Positions 20,319 through 30,178 of a stretch of DNA of 64,000 nucleotides are shown in pieces. The stretch is from an uncultured delta proteobacterium (GTDB taxonomy: Bacteria > Desulfobacterota > Binatia > UBA9968). The translations under genes were made by a program, and so were the position numbers. Location of the stretch: assembly GCA_963737905.1 (NCBI GenBank), contig CAVTUQ010000026.1:224001-288000 (forward strand). Direction: 5' to 3'. Numbering within the stretch: position 1 is the first letter of the stretch; each line of letters opens with the position of its first letter. The notes beneath the pieces were generated by a model that saw only the letters and a program-made list of their open reading frames with translations, searched no databases and was not told the DNA's origin.

Positions 20319-21369
20319 CTAGGTGCCCAGTATTTTCTTCACGCGCTCGATAACCTCCGGCGGAGAATCGAAAATTTCCTTTACCAGTGATTCCAGCTCT
20401 TCGCCGGACGTCGGTTCTACGTCCATCCGAGCCTTTTTTGCTTCGGCAAGGGCTTCAGGATCATTCAAAGCCTTGGCATAAGCCTCCCTAAGGAGCTTGA
20501 CCCTTTCAGGGGGAGTGCCGGGCGTCACTAGCATGGGCCGGCCGAAATCCCCCGCGGCCAGCACAATCTGGGCGACACGGCGGCTATTCGCCGGGACCTT
20601 ATACTGATCGAAGATTTCCTGAGTCGTAGGCACATCGGCTGCGCGTGAATCTCTCTTACGCGAGGTCTGGATGATATGGCGGTCAAAACCCTTCTTGTGC
20701 CACGTATCGAAGGGTTCGCGGCCAAAGTGGGCGGAGGTGCTATGCGAGCGGCAAACCACCTCTCCCTTTTCTACCGCTATGTCGATTTCGGAGCCTCCGG
20801 GATAGCCCAGGACAGTGTTGATCTTGGCCCCTACGGTCTCCTCCAAAACCTTGGCCAGAATATAGTCGGCGCTTGCCGTACCCGTCGCGCCGCACTTGGG
20901 TGGCTCCTTCGCCTTGATGATATCTGCGACGGACTTATAGGGAGTATCGGCTCGCATGTACATGATGGTTGATTCAACTGCGGGCGAGCCGATCCAGTGG
21001 AACTTGCGCAGATCAAACTGTACCTCTTTGCGCCCGACAAGTTGGTCTACGTAGACACTGTTCAAGGGCATCGCAACCGTTAGACCGTCAGGCTTGCCCA
21101 CATTAAAAACATGGTTGGTTGCGATCACCGATCCCGCGCCCGGCATGTTCTGAGCGATGATCTCCGGCTGTCCGGGAATGTATTTGCCCATGTATCGGGC
21201 GAAGAGACGGGCCCAGCGGTCATAAAATCCACCAGCCGTGGAGCCCACCATGATGCGAATGGTTTTTCCCTTGTAGAAAGGGTCAGCTTGTGGTCCGGCC
21301 CACGGAGGCGAGCTGTGGAGCGAAAAGAAAAATCGCGAGACAGATCAGGGAAAGTGCTTGTTTTTGCAT
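20319..21369 (-). CDS. Tripartite tricarboxylate transporter substrate-binding protein (TctC/Bug-like); frameshift near 21300
   Basis: 'DPFYKGKTIRIMVGSTAGGFYD', 'NMPGAGS', 'GYPGGSE'. The signal-peptide ATG at 21369 (GGAGG RBS) is one base out of frame. Confidence 0.85.
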
Positions 21370-21547
21370 GACAACCTCCTCTTAACGGCCTGACCAACTA
21401 CAGGATTAAACTTTTTACAAAAGTGAAGACCCCTTCTCCTCCGCCGACATCATCGTTCGAGCGGTGACTATATCGTTGGAAGCTGACTTGTCAAGTTTAG
21501 GTGCAGGACCCGTCGTGGGTAATTGCTTGCCGATGGATTGCGCGGAG

Positions 21548-24085
21548 CTATTCTAACGACGCACGCTTGCGAGCCTCGATCATTTTTTCGACTTGTTTGA
21601 GTGCCGATGCTAAGTCGATCGCCTTGCGAAAAATGGGCGCCATGGGGTCTTTCATCTTCCGAAATCGCTCGGGGACAGTCTTGATTGTGAAACGCGACGG
21701 ATGCAGACGCCCATTCACCTCGTTCCAGAGCAGCGGACAGGAGACCGTTGCGCCGGGCAGCGGCCGGACGGCAAAGGGCGCCGCAATGGTTACCCCATAG
21801 CCGTTCTGGCCGAAATCGATGTAAACCTTGCCGCCCCGCGCGGCAATGGGCCGGGCGACCGTCGAGATATCCGGGACAGACTCCGTTCCCAGCATCGCCA
21901 GCAGCCGGGCGAAACTTTTCGCCTGCTCATGGGTGTAGCGCGCGCCAAGAGGGACGAGGATATGGAGGCCTGATGCTCCGGAGGTCTTGATGAAGCTTTC
22001 GAGCCGAAGTCCCGTCAATATCTCGTGGAGCGCGCGCGCCACCTCGACGACGTGTGCAAAGGGCGCGCCTTTGGGGTCGAGGTCGAGAACCAGCCAGTCC
22101 GGACGCTCGAGAGAGTCGATTCGCGAGCTCCACAGGTGAAGCGGGATCGTGCCCATGTTGATGACATAGAGAAGGGTCTCTACGTCGTTCACGATAATGT
22201 AACCGATGTCGCGATCCGTATCTTTGGAATAGATCTTCTCTCTGCGTATCCAGCTCGGAATAAATTCTGGGGCATCCTTCTGAAAGAACGATTTCCCGGC
22301 GATGCCGTCGGGATACCGCGTCAACACCAGCGGGCGATTTTTCAAGTAAGGAAGCAAGAAAGAAGCGATGCTGCGATGGTATTCGATCAAATCACCCTTA
22401 GTGTAGCCCTCGTCGGGCCAAAAGATTTTTTTCAGATTCGTAAACTTCACCTGTTTTGCCGGACCGTTTTCGAGGGGAGCGGGAACCGGGAGCTCCGGAA
22501 GACTTCGCGGCAGAGGCTCGTCCTTTCGGCATTCGTCGGGTTTCTTATCCGTTCTCAATCCCAGAAAGGCTGGGTGGCGAATCCCGCCGTCATGGGTCCA
22601 GTCCGAGAAGCGCACCTCGCAAACGAGCTCGGGCTCGACCCAGTGGTGGCCGCGGCCGGTTGGGCTTTTTTCCTGGAAAGGCGATTTCGCCAGGGCAAGC
22701 GGCTGCAGCTTCTCCCAGATCGACTTCAGGGTCTTGGTATCGAATCCGGTGCCAACCTTGGAGACGTAAACCAATTTATTGTTTTGGTAGAGACCCAAAT
22801 GAAGCGCGCCGAAATAACTTCGTCCCCCCTGGGGATTCGTGTAGCCGCCGATCACGAATTCCTGGCGCCGTTGGCATTTAATCTTGATCCAATCACGGGA
22901 GCGTCCGCCGACGTAGCGGCTATGAGCTTTTTTGGCGACCACTCCTTCCAGCCCGTGTTCCGAGGCCGCGTCGAAGAAGTCTTCGCCCGCTTCCTCAATG
23001 TGATCGCTGAAGCGCGCCCGACCCAAGCGCGGCAACAAGCGCTTAAGGCATTCTTTCCGTTGGAGTAGAGGGATCGAACGCAAGTCATGACCGTCAAGGC
23101 CTAGACAATCGAAGAAAACACCTTCTACTGGAGCCGCGTTCATGGCGAGCTGGATATCGCGCGTGCCGGTCAGATGCATGCGCGCCTGCAGTCTTTGAAA
23201 GCTCGGCTGTCCCCGCTCGTCGAGGGCTACAATCTCGCCATCGATGACGAAATGATCGATGGGCAGTTTTTTCAGGGCGTCCGTCAGTTCCGGGTAGCGG
23301 TTGGTGATCTGCGTTCCATTGCGGCCGTAAAGTTCGACTCTTTCGCCGTTGCGCTCCGCCAAAACCCTAACACCGTCGTATTTGATTTCGAAAATCCATT
23401 CAGGCCCGGAAAAGGGCCGTTCCTGCAGAGTTGCAAGCATGAGCTGTTGACCTCGCGCAGAGAAGTTTTGTTTAGGCGCTTTGATCTTTCGCAGAAGCTC
23501 CCGCAGCTCGGTAACTTTCGCGGGAAGGTCGGCTATCTCTTCCAAGGTAAGCCCGGATATGACCGATTGCGGATAGCGCTCGATCAGCTCCTCGGTCCCG
23601 GCAAAGGAGTCGGCTTTCTTCAGAAGCAGCCAATCTTTCTCTTTCTTCGACATGCGCGCCAAGGTCCACAATCCCCGCATCTTGTGACCGAAAAATTCCA
23701 GTTCGAGCTTACCCCGTTCGAGCTGTTCCACCGGGTCGCCGGCTTTGACCAAACGGTATGGTCCGCGATCCCAGACGATAACCGAGCCGGCGCCATAGTT
23801 ATCGGGCGGGATGATTCCTTCAAAATCGGCGTATTCGACGGGATGGTCCTCAACGTGGACGGCCAGCCGCTTTTCATGAGCTCGCACCGACGGTCCTTTC
23901 GGCACTGCCCAACTTTTCAGCACACCGTCCATCTCCAGTCGTAAATCGTAATGAAGGCGGCGGGCGCCATGTTTCTGAATGACGAAACGGAGCCCCGAGT
24001 CGGTGCGACTGACGCCGAAAGGCTCGGGTGTGCGCTCGGGATCGCGCTTTTTCCGGTACAGATCGAGCTTGGAGGGCGACTTCAC
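21548..24085 (-). CDS. ligD: DNA ligase D (phosphoesterase-ligase-polymerase)
   Basis: 'FVIQKH.ARRLHYDLRLE', 'EIKYDG.R', 'EGVVAK', 'RYPDGI', 'VLDLDP', 'KTSG.SGLH'. Confidence 0.96.
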   Translation of the reverse strand: MKSPSKLDLYRKKRDPERTPEPFGVSRTDSGLRFVIQKHGARRLHYDLRLEMDGVLKSWAVPKGPSVRAHEKRLAVHVEDHPVEYADFEGIIPPDNYGAGSVIVWDRGPYRLVKAGDPVEQLERGKLELEFFGHKMRGLWTLARMSKKEKDWLLLKKADSFAGTEELIERYPQSVISGLTLEEIADLPAKVTELRELLRKIKAPKQNFSARGQQLMLATLQERPFSGPEWIFEIKYDGVRVLAERNGERVELYGRNGTQITNRYPELTDALKKLPIDHFVIDGEIVALDERGQPSFQRLQARMHLTGTRDIQLAMNAAPVEGVFFDCLGLDGHDLRSIPLLQRKECLKRLLPRLGRARFSDHIEEAGEDFFDAASEHGLEGVVAKKAHSRYVGGRSRDWIKIKCQRRQEFVIGGYTNPQGGRSYFGALHLGLYQNNKLVYVSKVGTGFDTKTLKSIWEKLQPLALAKSPFQEKSPTGRGHHWVEPELVCEVRFSDWTHDGGIRHPAFLGLRTDKKPDECRKDEPLPRSLPELPVPAPLENGPAKQVKFTNLKKIFWPDEGYTKGDLIEYHRSIASFLLPYLKNRPLVLTRYPDGIAGKSFFQKDAPEFIPSWIRREKIYSKDTDRDIGYIIVNDVETLLYVINMGTIPLHLWSSRIDSLERPDWLVLDLDPKGAPFAHVVEVARALHEILTGLRLESFIKTSGASGLHILVPLGARYTHEQAKSFARLLAMLGTESVPDISTVARPIAARGGKVYIDFGQNGYGVTIAAPFAVRPLPGATVSCPLLWNEVNGRLHPSRFTIKTVPERFRKMKDPMAPIFRKAIDLASALKQVEKMIEARKRASLE

Positions 24086-24157
24086 CGTTTGAAGAATAAC
24101 TCAGTGGCTGGTATGGTTCAAATTTGATAGAATTTGAGGATCAAGGAGGTCTCCCCC

Positions 24158-25014
24158 ATGCCCCCGCGTTCTCTCGGTTCCGGCACGATTTCTTTTGGTC
24201 TTGTCTCTATCCCCGTAAAGCTTTACCCGGCCGCTTCCTCCCAGGCGATCAGTTTCAATTTGCTCCATGCCAAGTGCGGCAATCGGATCCGGCAACAGCG
24301 CTTCTGTCCTGTCTGCAACGAGGTCGTGGAGCGCGAAGGCTTGGTCAAAGGATACGAGTTCGCTAAAGATCAGTACGTCAAAGTTTCGGACGAGGAGCTC
24401 GAAGCGCTCGAAGGCGAGGCATCGAAGGCGATCGAAATTTCCGAGTTTGTACCGCTTGCGAAGGTCGATCCGGTTTATTTCGAAAAGAGCTACTATCTTG
24501 GCCCCGACAAGGGGGGGAGAAAGCCTATCGCTTGTTGTCGGACGCGATGACCCAAGCCGGCAAAGTCGCGCTGGCAAAATTTGTCCTGCGCGGAAGAGAA
24601 AATCTGGTTCTCGTCCGCTCGGCACAGAACGGGCTGATGCTTCACACCATGTATTTCGCCGACGAGGTGCGTAATTTCGATGAAATTTCCAAAGGAGAAT
24701 CGGCCAAGATTAGCGAGGCTGAGACCAACCTGGCGATCCGTCTGATCGACGAGCTGTCGAATGAACAGTTCAATCCTGGGCAATATGAAGATGAATACCG
24801 CCAGCGCGTATTGGATCTCGTCAACACCAAGGCCGAGGGCAAAGAAATTACCGTGGCCGAGCCCCAAGTCCATCGTGCTCAGGTGATCGATCTTATGGAG
24901 GCGCTCAAGGAAAGCCTGGGAAAGAAAGTTGCCAAGGAGAAAAAGCCCGCGGTCCGCGCCAAATCGGCCGAGCCTGAGAAAGGCAAGAAAAGGGCCCAGT
25001 CCGCCAAGAAATGA
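24158..25014 (+). CDS. ku: Ku protein (NHEJ), split by a 1-nt deletion in a G-run at 24511-24517
   Basis: 'GTISFGLVSIPVKLYPA', 'VKGYEF', 'YFEKSYYLGP'. Adding one G restores DKGGEKAYRLLSDAM and continues to 'VIDLMEALKESL'. Confidence 0.93.
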
Positions 25015-25832
25015 AACTTTTCACCACCGGCGAGGTGGCGAAAATCTTGAATCTCCCGGGTAGTCGCATTCGATCTTTTGTGCGCGCCGGCTTTCTTGCG
25101 CCGGCACGCGATCCCAAAAAGACCTTCCAGTTTACTTTTCAAGATCTGCTCTTTTTGAAAACGGCGAAAGGGCTCCTCGATTCTCGCGTGCCGTCAAAGA
25201 GAATTATTCGCATGCTTTCTTCGTTGAAGCGGCAGCTGCCGGACGATCGGCATCTGTCCGGGCTCAAGATTTATGCCGACGGTCGCCGCGTTATCGTCTG
25301 GGACGGTAAAGCCCGCTGGCAGCCTGACTCCGGGCAGTTCCTGTTCAATTTTGATGCCCGCAGCGTTGTGGAAAAAATCAAATTGCCGCGCCCTGCGCCG
25401 AAGCCGGTGAAAGACAAACTGACCGCGGATCATTGGTTCAATCTGGGAGTCGAGCTGGAAGCAACGTCAACGAAGGAAGCGGAGCGAGCTTACCACATGG
25501 CGCTGGAGGTCGACCCAAAAATGGCCGCTGCGCATCTCAATCTGGGCAAACTCTACCACGATGCGGGTGAACTGGAGAAAGCCGAAGCGCACTATCGAGC
25601 TGCCGGAGAGATTGATCCGGAAGAGCCGGCGCCCCACTTCAACCTAGGGGTCTTACTGGAAGATCTCAAACGGCCGCAGGAAGCTTTGCGGTCCTATCGC
25701 GAAGCGGTCAAGCTGGATCCGGCTTTTGCCGACGCGCATTACAATCTTGCACTGTTATTCGAGTCTATGGGTAAAAAAGCCGAAGCGGTTGCACACTTTC
25801 GTACGGCGCGTAAGATTTATCTGAGCAAATAA
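25011..25832 (+). CDS. MerR-type HTH + TPR-repeat protein
   Basis: ATGA overlap with the ku stop; 'FTTGEVAKILNL...FTFQDL', central 'QPDSGQFLFNF', TPR repeats with 'AHLNLG', 'PHFNLG', 'AHYNLA'. Confidence 0.85.
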   Translation: MKLFTTGEVAKILNLPGSRIRSFVRAGFLAPARDPKKTFQFTFQDLLFLKTAKGLLDSRVPSKRIIRMLSSLKRQLPDDRHLSGLKIYADGRRVIVWDGKARWQPDSGQFLFNFDARSVVEKIKLPRPAPKPVKDKLTADHWFNLGVELEATSTKEAERAYHMALEVDPKMAAAHLNLGKLYHDAGELEKAEAHYRAAGEIDPEEPAPHFNLGVLLEDLKRPQEALRSYREAVKLDPAFADAHYNLALLFESMGKKAEAVAHFRTARKIYLSK

Positions 25833-25927
25833 GCCCCGCCGTACATCAAGGAGTTATGGAAAAATTACAACGTGCGCCCCTTTGTTTTTGATGAACGCGT
25901 TCAGTCACTGCGGAGGAGGTTTGGCAG

Positions 25928-26854
25928 GTGAATGAGGGATTGCGGGAAGCCGTATTGTCGTTGCAAAGGCGGTCTCAAGAGCACGAAAAGATCGAGCAAG
26001 AGCTTCGGGCTAGAGAGGCCCATTTTCAAAGACGTTGCGAAGATTTGGAGCGCTGCCTCAGTGAAAGGATAAGCCAGCTGGAGGAAGAAATCCGGCGGAG
26101 GCAAGCCGCCGAGGACATGCTGCGCAGCGCAAGGAAAGATGCCGAGAAAAAAGCGCAGAATAGCAAAACCCCTTCCACATGGGGAACCACGACAGCACTT
26201 TTTGCGCATGAGGTTGCGAACTCTCTCAATGGTATTTTCGCCTGTCTCCAGCTTGTCGATATGAAAGCTCCGGACCAGGGCGGTGCGGATCCTGAGCTCA
26301 AATCTTTAGTGGCATCAGCGACACAAGAAGTTAAACGGCTAGGCGCTTTGTTGAAAGAATTTCGCTCTTTCTCGCAGCCCCAAGCCTATGATTTCGAACC
26401 GACTGATTTGCGTAAAGTGATCGATGACGTTATGGCCGAAGACAAGCTGCTCTATGACTTGGCCGGAGTCCGGTTGAAGTTTGAATTCCCAAATACGTCA
26501 TTGCCTGTTACGATTGATCAAAAGAAAATAAAGCAGGCGATCCTAAGGATTTGTAAAAACGCGGTTGATGCCATGCCGTCAGGAGGTGTCCTTACATTCC
26601 GCGGCTATGAGTCTGAAGGTAGGATTTTTCTCCAGATCGGCGACACGGGGGCCGGCGTTCCCAAAGGATTGGAGGTCTTTGAGCCCTTTCAAACCACGAA
26701 ACCCCTCAGCAGTGGATTGGGACTTCCCATCGTAAGCCAAATTATCTCCGCGCATAATGGAACCATTGATTACGCGAGTGATCCCGGTAAAGGGACCACG
26801 TTCAAAATAGGGCTCCCGGCAGCGCGTGAGAATGGGGAAGGGGAGTTGCGATAG
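25928..26854 (+). CDS. Cytoplasmic sensor histidine kinase (coiled-coil + HisKA + HATPase)
   Basis: 'FAHEVANSL', 'KNAVDAM', 'DTGAGV', 'FEPFQTTK..SGLGL'; GGAGGAGG RBS. Confidence 0.88.
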   Translation: MNEGLREAVLSLQRRSQEHEKIEQELRAREAHFQRRCEDLERCLSERISQLEEEIRRRQAAEDMLRSARKDAEKKAQNSKTPSTWGTTTALFAHEVANSLNGIFACLQLVDMKAPDQGGADPELKSLVASATQEVKRLGALLKEFRSFSQPQAYDFEPTDLRKVIDDVMAEDKLLYDLAGVRLKFEFPNTSLPVTIDQKKIKQAILRICKNAVDAMPSGGVLTFRGYESEGRIFLQIGDTGAGVPKGLEVFEPFQTTKPLSSGLGLPIVSQIISAHNGTIDYASDPGKGTTFKIGLPAARENGEGELR

Positions 26855-26904
26855 CTAGACAGAGGTGGTACAAGCAAACACAAATCAAACCCAGAGGTGA
26901 TTCA

Positions 26905-27465
26905 ATGAGATTATTATCTTACGGCCCTTGACCTTACGCTCACAGGACAAGGCTTGTCCTGGCGGAAAAAAAGATTCCCTATGAGCTTATCGAATGCGAT
27001 CTCAAGAACAAATCCAAGGAACTTCTCGAACGAAACCCGTACGGCAAGGTTCCCGTGCTGGTGGATGGCGACGCCGTCATCTACGAGTCGGCGGTCATCA
27101 ACGAATATCTGGAAGAGAAATATCCTGAAATCCCGCTCATGCCTAAGGACCCGCTCCGGCGCTCGCGGGCGAGGATATGGATCGATTACTGCAACACGCG
27201 GCTGCAGTACGCCGGCGGTAAAATAGCCCATGATTATGAAGTCGAAAAGTCGGCCGAGGAGCTAAAAAAATATCTAGCGGCTTTGAATAGCGAGATGGAA
27301 GGCCGGCAGTACCTTGTGGGGGACTATTCTCTGGCGGATATCACCTATATTCCGTTCTTCGTCAGAAAAGAGCGCTATAAGGCGACCATCGACAACAGTC
27401 TGCCGCACCTGAAGGCGTGGATGGATCGTCTCCTCGACCGGCCTCTGGTTCGCGCGACCCCGTAA
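26905..27465 (+). CDS. Glutathione S-transferase (omega/SspA-like), predicted selenoprotein (Sec9, UPYA)
   Basis: GAGGTG RBS, ATG 26905, MRLLSYGP-TGA(26929-31)-PYAHRTRLVLAEKKIPYE...NPYGKVPVL...IYESAVINEYL, in frame with ORF 27055-27465. Confidence 0.88.
26932..26964 (+). promoter_or_regulatory. Bacterial SECIS-like hairpin
   Basis: CAGGACAA-GGC-TTGTCCTG perfect stem, extended by CGC/GCG; the G-containing loop starts 20 nt after the TGA. Confidence 0.75.
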
Positions 27466-27482
27466 GCAGATCAGAAAATCTT

Positions 27483-28547
27483 TCAGCGTAATTTCTTGCG
27501 CGCTTCTGGCAAAAAACCGCTGTCTTCTAAGCTGCGCACAGGAGCTGGGTCGAGCACCTGACTCAGCTCCACGTGCGCGACCTTAGGGTTGATCCTCGCA
27601 ATGACTTTCTGAACGATCTTCCACGCCGCGGGGTCGGGCATCATGTCGAGAGTGGCCATGATGTTGAGAACCTTGTAGGAAGCCTCGGCATCTTCGGGCC
27701 GAGGAAAACGGAACGCCTTGCGCAGGATTTCAACGATCTCGGGCTTGGCGCTTGGGTCGTGAATCAAGACCACCGCGTCCGCCAATCCTTTGAGCAAGCG
27801 CGATACCTGATCGGGCGCGCTGGCTGCTGATTCCCGTAAATAACAGAGGGTTGTCCCCTGGTAAGGAAAGTTAAGCTTACCGATATCGGCGAGCACGTTG
27901 GCGCCTGCTCGCTTTGCCGCTTCGCTAAAGCTATAGGGGATGACGGTGGCGTCGACCCCACCGGAGCTGAGTGCCTGGGTGACCGTCGCGGTGTCGCCGA
28001 GGATGCGCATTTTAAGATCATATTTTTCCGGGTCGATGCCAAGCTGATCCAAAGAAATCATCGTCTGCAGCCAAAAGCCGCCGCCGATGCTTTGAACGCC
28101 GAAGGTCTTACCGCGCAGGTCTTCTATGGTCCGGATTTCTTTACGCGCGATCAGTTCGCGCGGAATTTTATGCACCGCCGACGCGACGCATTGAATCTTC
28201 ATGCCACCCACGGCGGCGCTGAGGGCATTGCCAGGCGAACCGTAGTTGTATTGGACTTGGCCGGAGGAGAGGGTCGCCATACTTAGAGACCCGGTGCGTA
28301 ACTGGACCAGGCGAACGTCGAGTCCGTATTTTCTGAAGGTGCCTTTCTCAATTCCTACCCACATCGGACCGACGGTTTCATTTTGACCGGCATAGGCGAC
28401 CAGGATCGGCGCAGCGGTTTGCGCCGAGGCGCTGGATAGCGACGCCAAGGTAGCGAAGATGATGGTGAGAAGGAAGACGCGGCCGAAGCTGAACGTTCCG
28501 CCACTAGAGCGATGCCGGGAAGGTAAATGATTCATGGGCTCCTCCAT
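27483..28547 (-). CDS. ABC substrate-binding protein, NitT/TauT-like
   Basis: Signal peptide; 'FRKYGLDV', 'DLRGKTFGVQSIGGG'. Confidence 0.85.
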   Translation of the reverse strand: MEEPMNHLPSRHRSSGGTFSFGRVFLLTIIFATLASLSSASAQTAAPILVAYAGQNETVGPMWVGIEKGTFRKYGLDVRLVQLRTGSLSMATLSSGQVQYNYGSPGNALSAAVGGMKIQCVASAVHKIPRELIARKEIRTIEDLRGKTFGVQSIGGGFWLQTMISLDQLGIDPEKYDLKMRILGDTATVTQALSSGGVDATVIPYSFSEAAKRAGANVLADIGKLNFPYQGTTLCYLRESAASAPDQVSRLLKGLADAVVLIHDPSAKPEIVEILRKAFRFPRPEDAEASYKVLNIMATLDMMPDPAAWKIVQKVIARINPKVAHVELSQVLDPAPVRSLEDSGFLPEARKKLR

Positions 28548-28573
28548 GATGATATCAAGATCAACTACATAGA

Positions 28574-29155
28574 TTAGGGCTGTGGCCTGGTCGTCGAGCC
28601 GAGACCGGAAAAATTGCTATCGCCAGGTCCGCCGGTTGGCCCACTGGGAGGTGTGATGAGCGTCACGATTCGCGTGTCAGCGATCTTCTGCTGATCGGGC
28701 GAGAGAGTTGCATAAAGCGTGCTCGCAGCGGTGCGGATATCCTCGAGTTCCTTCACGCGGATCCGAGCGCCATCGGTGATCAAGTCGATATGTTGCAAAC
28801 CGCCGATTGCCGTCCCTTCGGATACCGGGATACCTGTCCGGGCACGCTCGCGAGAAAGATCACTGGCGTAGACGCGCACCTTATCGGCAAACGATTGCCA
28901 CGCCTCTTTCTGCTGGGGTGTTAGACGAAGATCCATTTCCATAACCGCCAGGCCGTGCTCGGTTTGTTCGTAGGAATCGGGGGTGAGACGAGGAACACTG
29001 TTTCCTCGGTTTTGTGTATTTCCTCGCCCGCCTCGTGGTGTGCCGCCAAAGATGCCGCCTATGCCGCGCCCGCCGAATTGTGCAAAGCTATTCGATTCTC
29101 CGACCGCGATTACTAAACCGACGGTGATAACCAGAACCCAAGCGTTCTTAACCAT
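28574..29155 (-). CDS. Spy/CpxP (LTXXQ motif) family periplasmic protein
   Basis: Signal peptide, Gly-rich linker, 'LRLTPQQKEAW', 'LYATLSPDQQKIAD'. Confidence 0.75.
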   Translation of the reverse strand: MVKNAWVLVITVGLVIAVGESNSFAQFGGRGIGGIFGGTPRGGRGNTQNRGNSVPRLTPDSYEQTEHGLAVMEMDLRLTPQQKEAWQSFADKVRVYASDLSRERARTGIPVSEGTAIGGLQHIDLITDGARIRVKELEDIRTAASTLYATLSPDQQKIADTRIVTLITPPSGPTGGPGDSNFSGLGSTTRPQP

Positions 29156-29325
29156 AATAATTATCCTTATTGAGATGCCCGAGGTCGACGCTAACTTTTC
29201 TGATGGATTCGCACAAACTAGCGGCGGACGCTGGAACCGACCAAGGGAGACAACTGAAGACCTTTAAGTAAGACACAAAAATTCTTCTAATTATTTTGGG
29301 AGGCTAGGCGGAAAACAACCCGTTG

Positions 29326-30057
29326 TCAATAAGCAACCGCCGGCCAGGACGAGAGCAGCTTGCCGTAGCCCTTGATTGAAAACTTCGCGCCTAGCTTCGA
29401 CAGGATGTTCCAGAGCATTGCAGTGTTGCTGGAGATCACGGGGATGCCGAGAGTGTCTTCGAGCCTTTGGATGATCGGTAGGGGATCGAGGGTGGCGCCT
29501 TGGAAGTAGATGGCTTGGGTTGTCGGATTCTGCCGGTAGCTTGATTCGACTCTGCGAAAAAGCTCGTCGGAACTGATTTCGACGCCGGCTCCTGGTTTGC
29601 GCGTCTTGTCATAGGGTGGACCCGGGAATACGGTGAAGCCGAGGTCAGTCAGATGCTTCTCGATGTGGGCGTTCATATCCGCGGTGAACGGGGTGACCAG
29701 CATCACCCTCATCGCTGACAGTGCTCTCAGCGCCGCTGTAACCGATGACACTGCGCTGGTGACTGGTATGTGCACCGTCTCGGCGACTTTGGCTTCCAGG
29801 CCACGATTGAACAGGGTCACGAAGCCGCCGGTAACGATGAGTCCCTGGACTTTGTTTCGACCGACGAAGTCGGCGGCGCGAGCAGCGATCTCGTCCGTCT
29901 TGCCTTCGAGGTCCTGATAGGAGTCTTGCAGCAGGCCGAGACCTTCGTTGGTGACGGTGACTTCAGGAGGCAGCATCTGCTCCAGGCTTTTGAAGTGCGG
30001 GCGATCGGCAGTGGCCGGCGATAGGATCCCAATGTGAATGTTTTGTGGTGTAGCCAT
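29326..30057 (-). CDS. Asp/Glu racemase / maleate isomerase / arylmalonate decarboxylase-fold protein (copy 1)
   Basis: 'LVTPF', 'IIQRLEDTLGIPVISSNTAMLW', 'GYGKLL'. Confidence 0.8.
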   Translation of the reverse strand: MATPQNIHIGILSPATADRPHFKSLEQMLPPEVTVTNEGLGLLQDSYQDLEGKTDEIAARAADFVGRNKVQGLIVTGGFVTLFNRGLEAKVAETVHIPVTSAVSSVTAALRALSAMRVMLVTPFTADMNAHIEKHLTDLGFTVFPGPPYDKTRKPGAGVEISSDELFRRVESSYRQNPTTQAIYFQGATLDPLPIIQRLEDTLGIPVISSNTAMLWNILSKLGAKFSIKGYGKLLSSWPAVAY

Positions 30058-30178
30058 GGCTCCCCCCGCCTAAAGCAATTCTGGATTCCCGTTGCCACAG
30101 GAATGACAATGTAGAAACCCGTGTGCCCAGTCATTCTCGCAGCCGCTGCATTTCATACGACGGCCAGCGGGACCTTTA

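Noticed and set aside
25856-25927. RBS + ATG in frame with the histidine kinase but interrupted by TGA-TGA; possible Sec read-through
   Set aside because: Double stop, no Cys-type motif context, no convincing hairpin, and a strong GGAGGAGG RBS supports the GTG at 25928.
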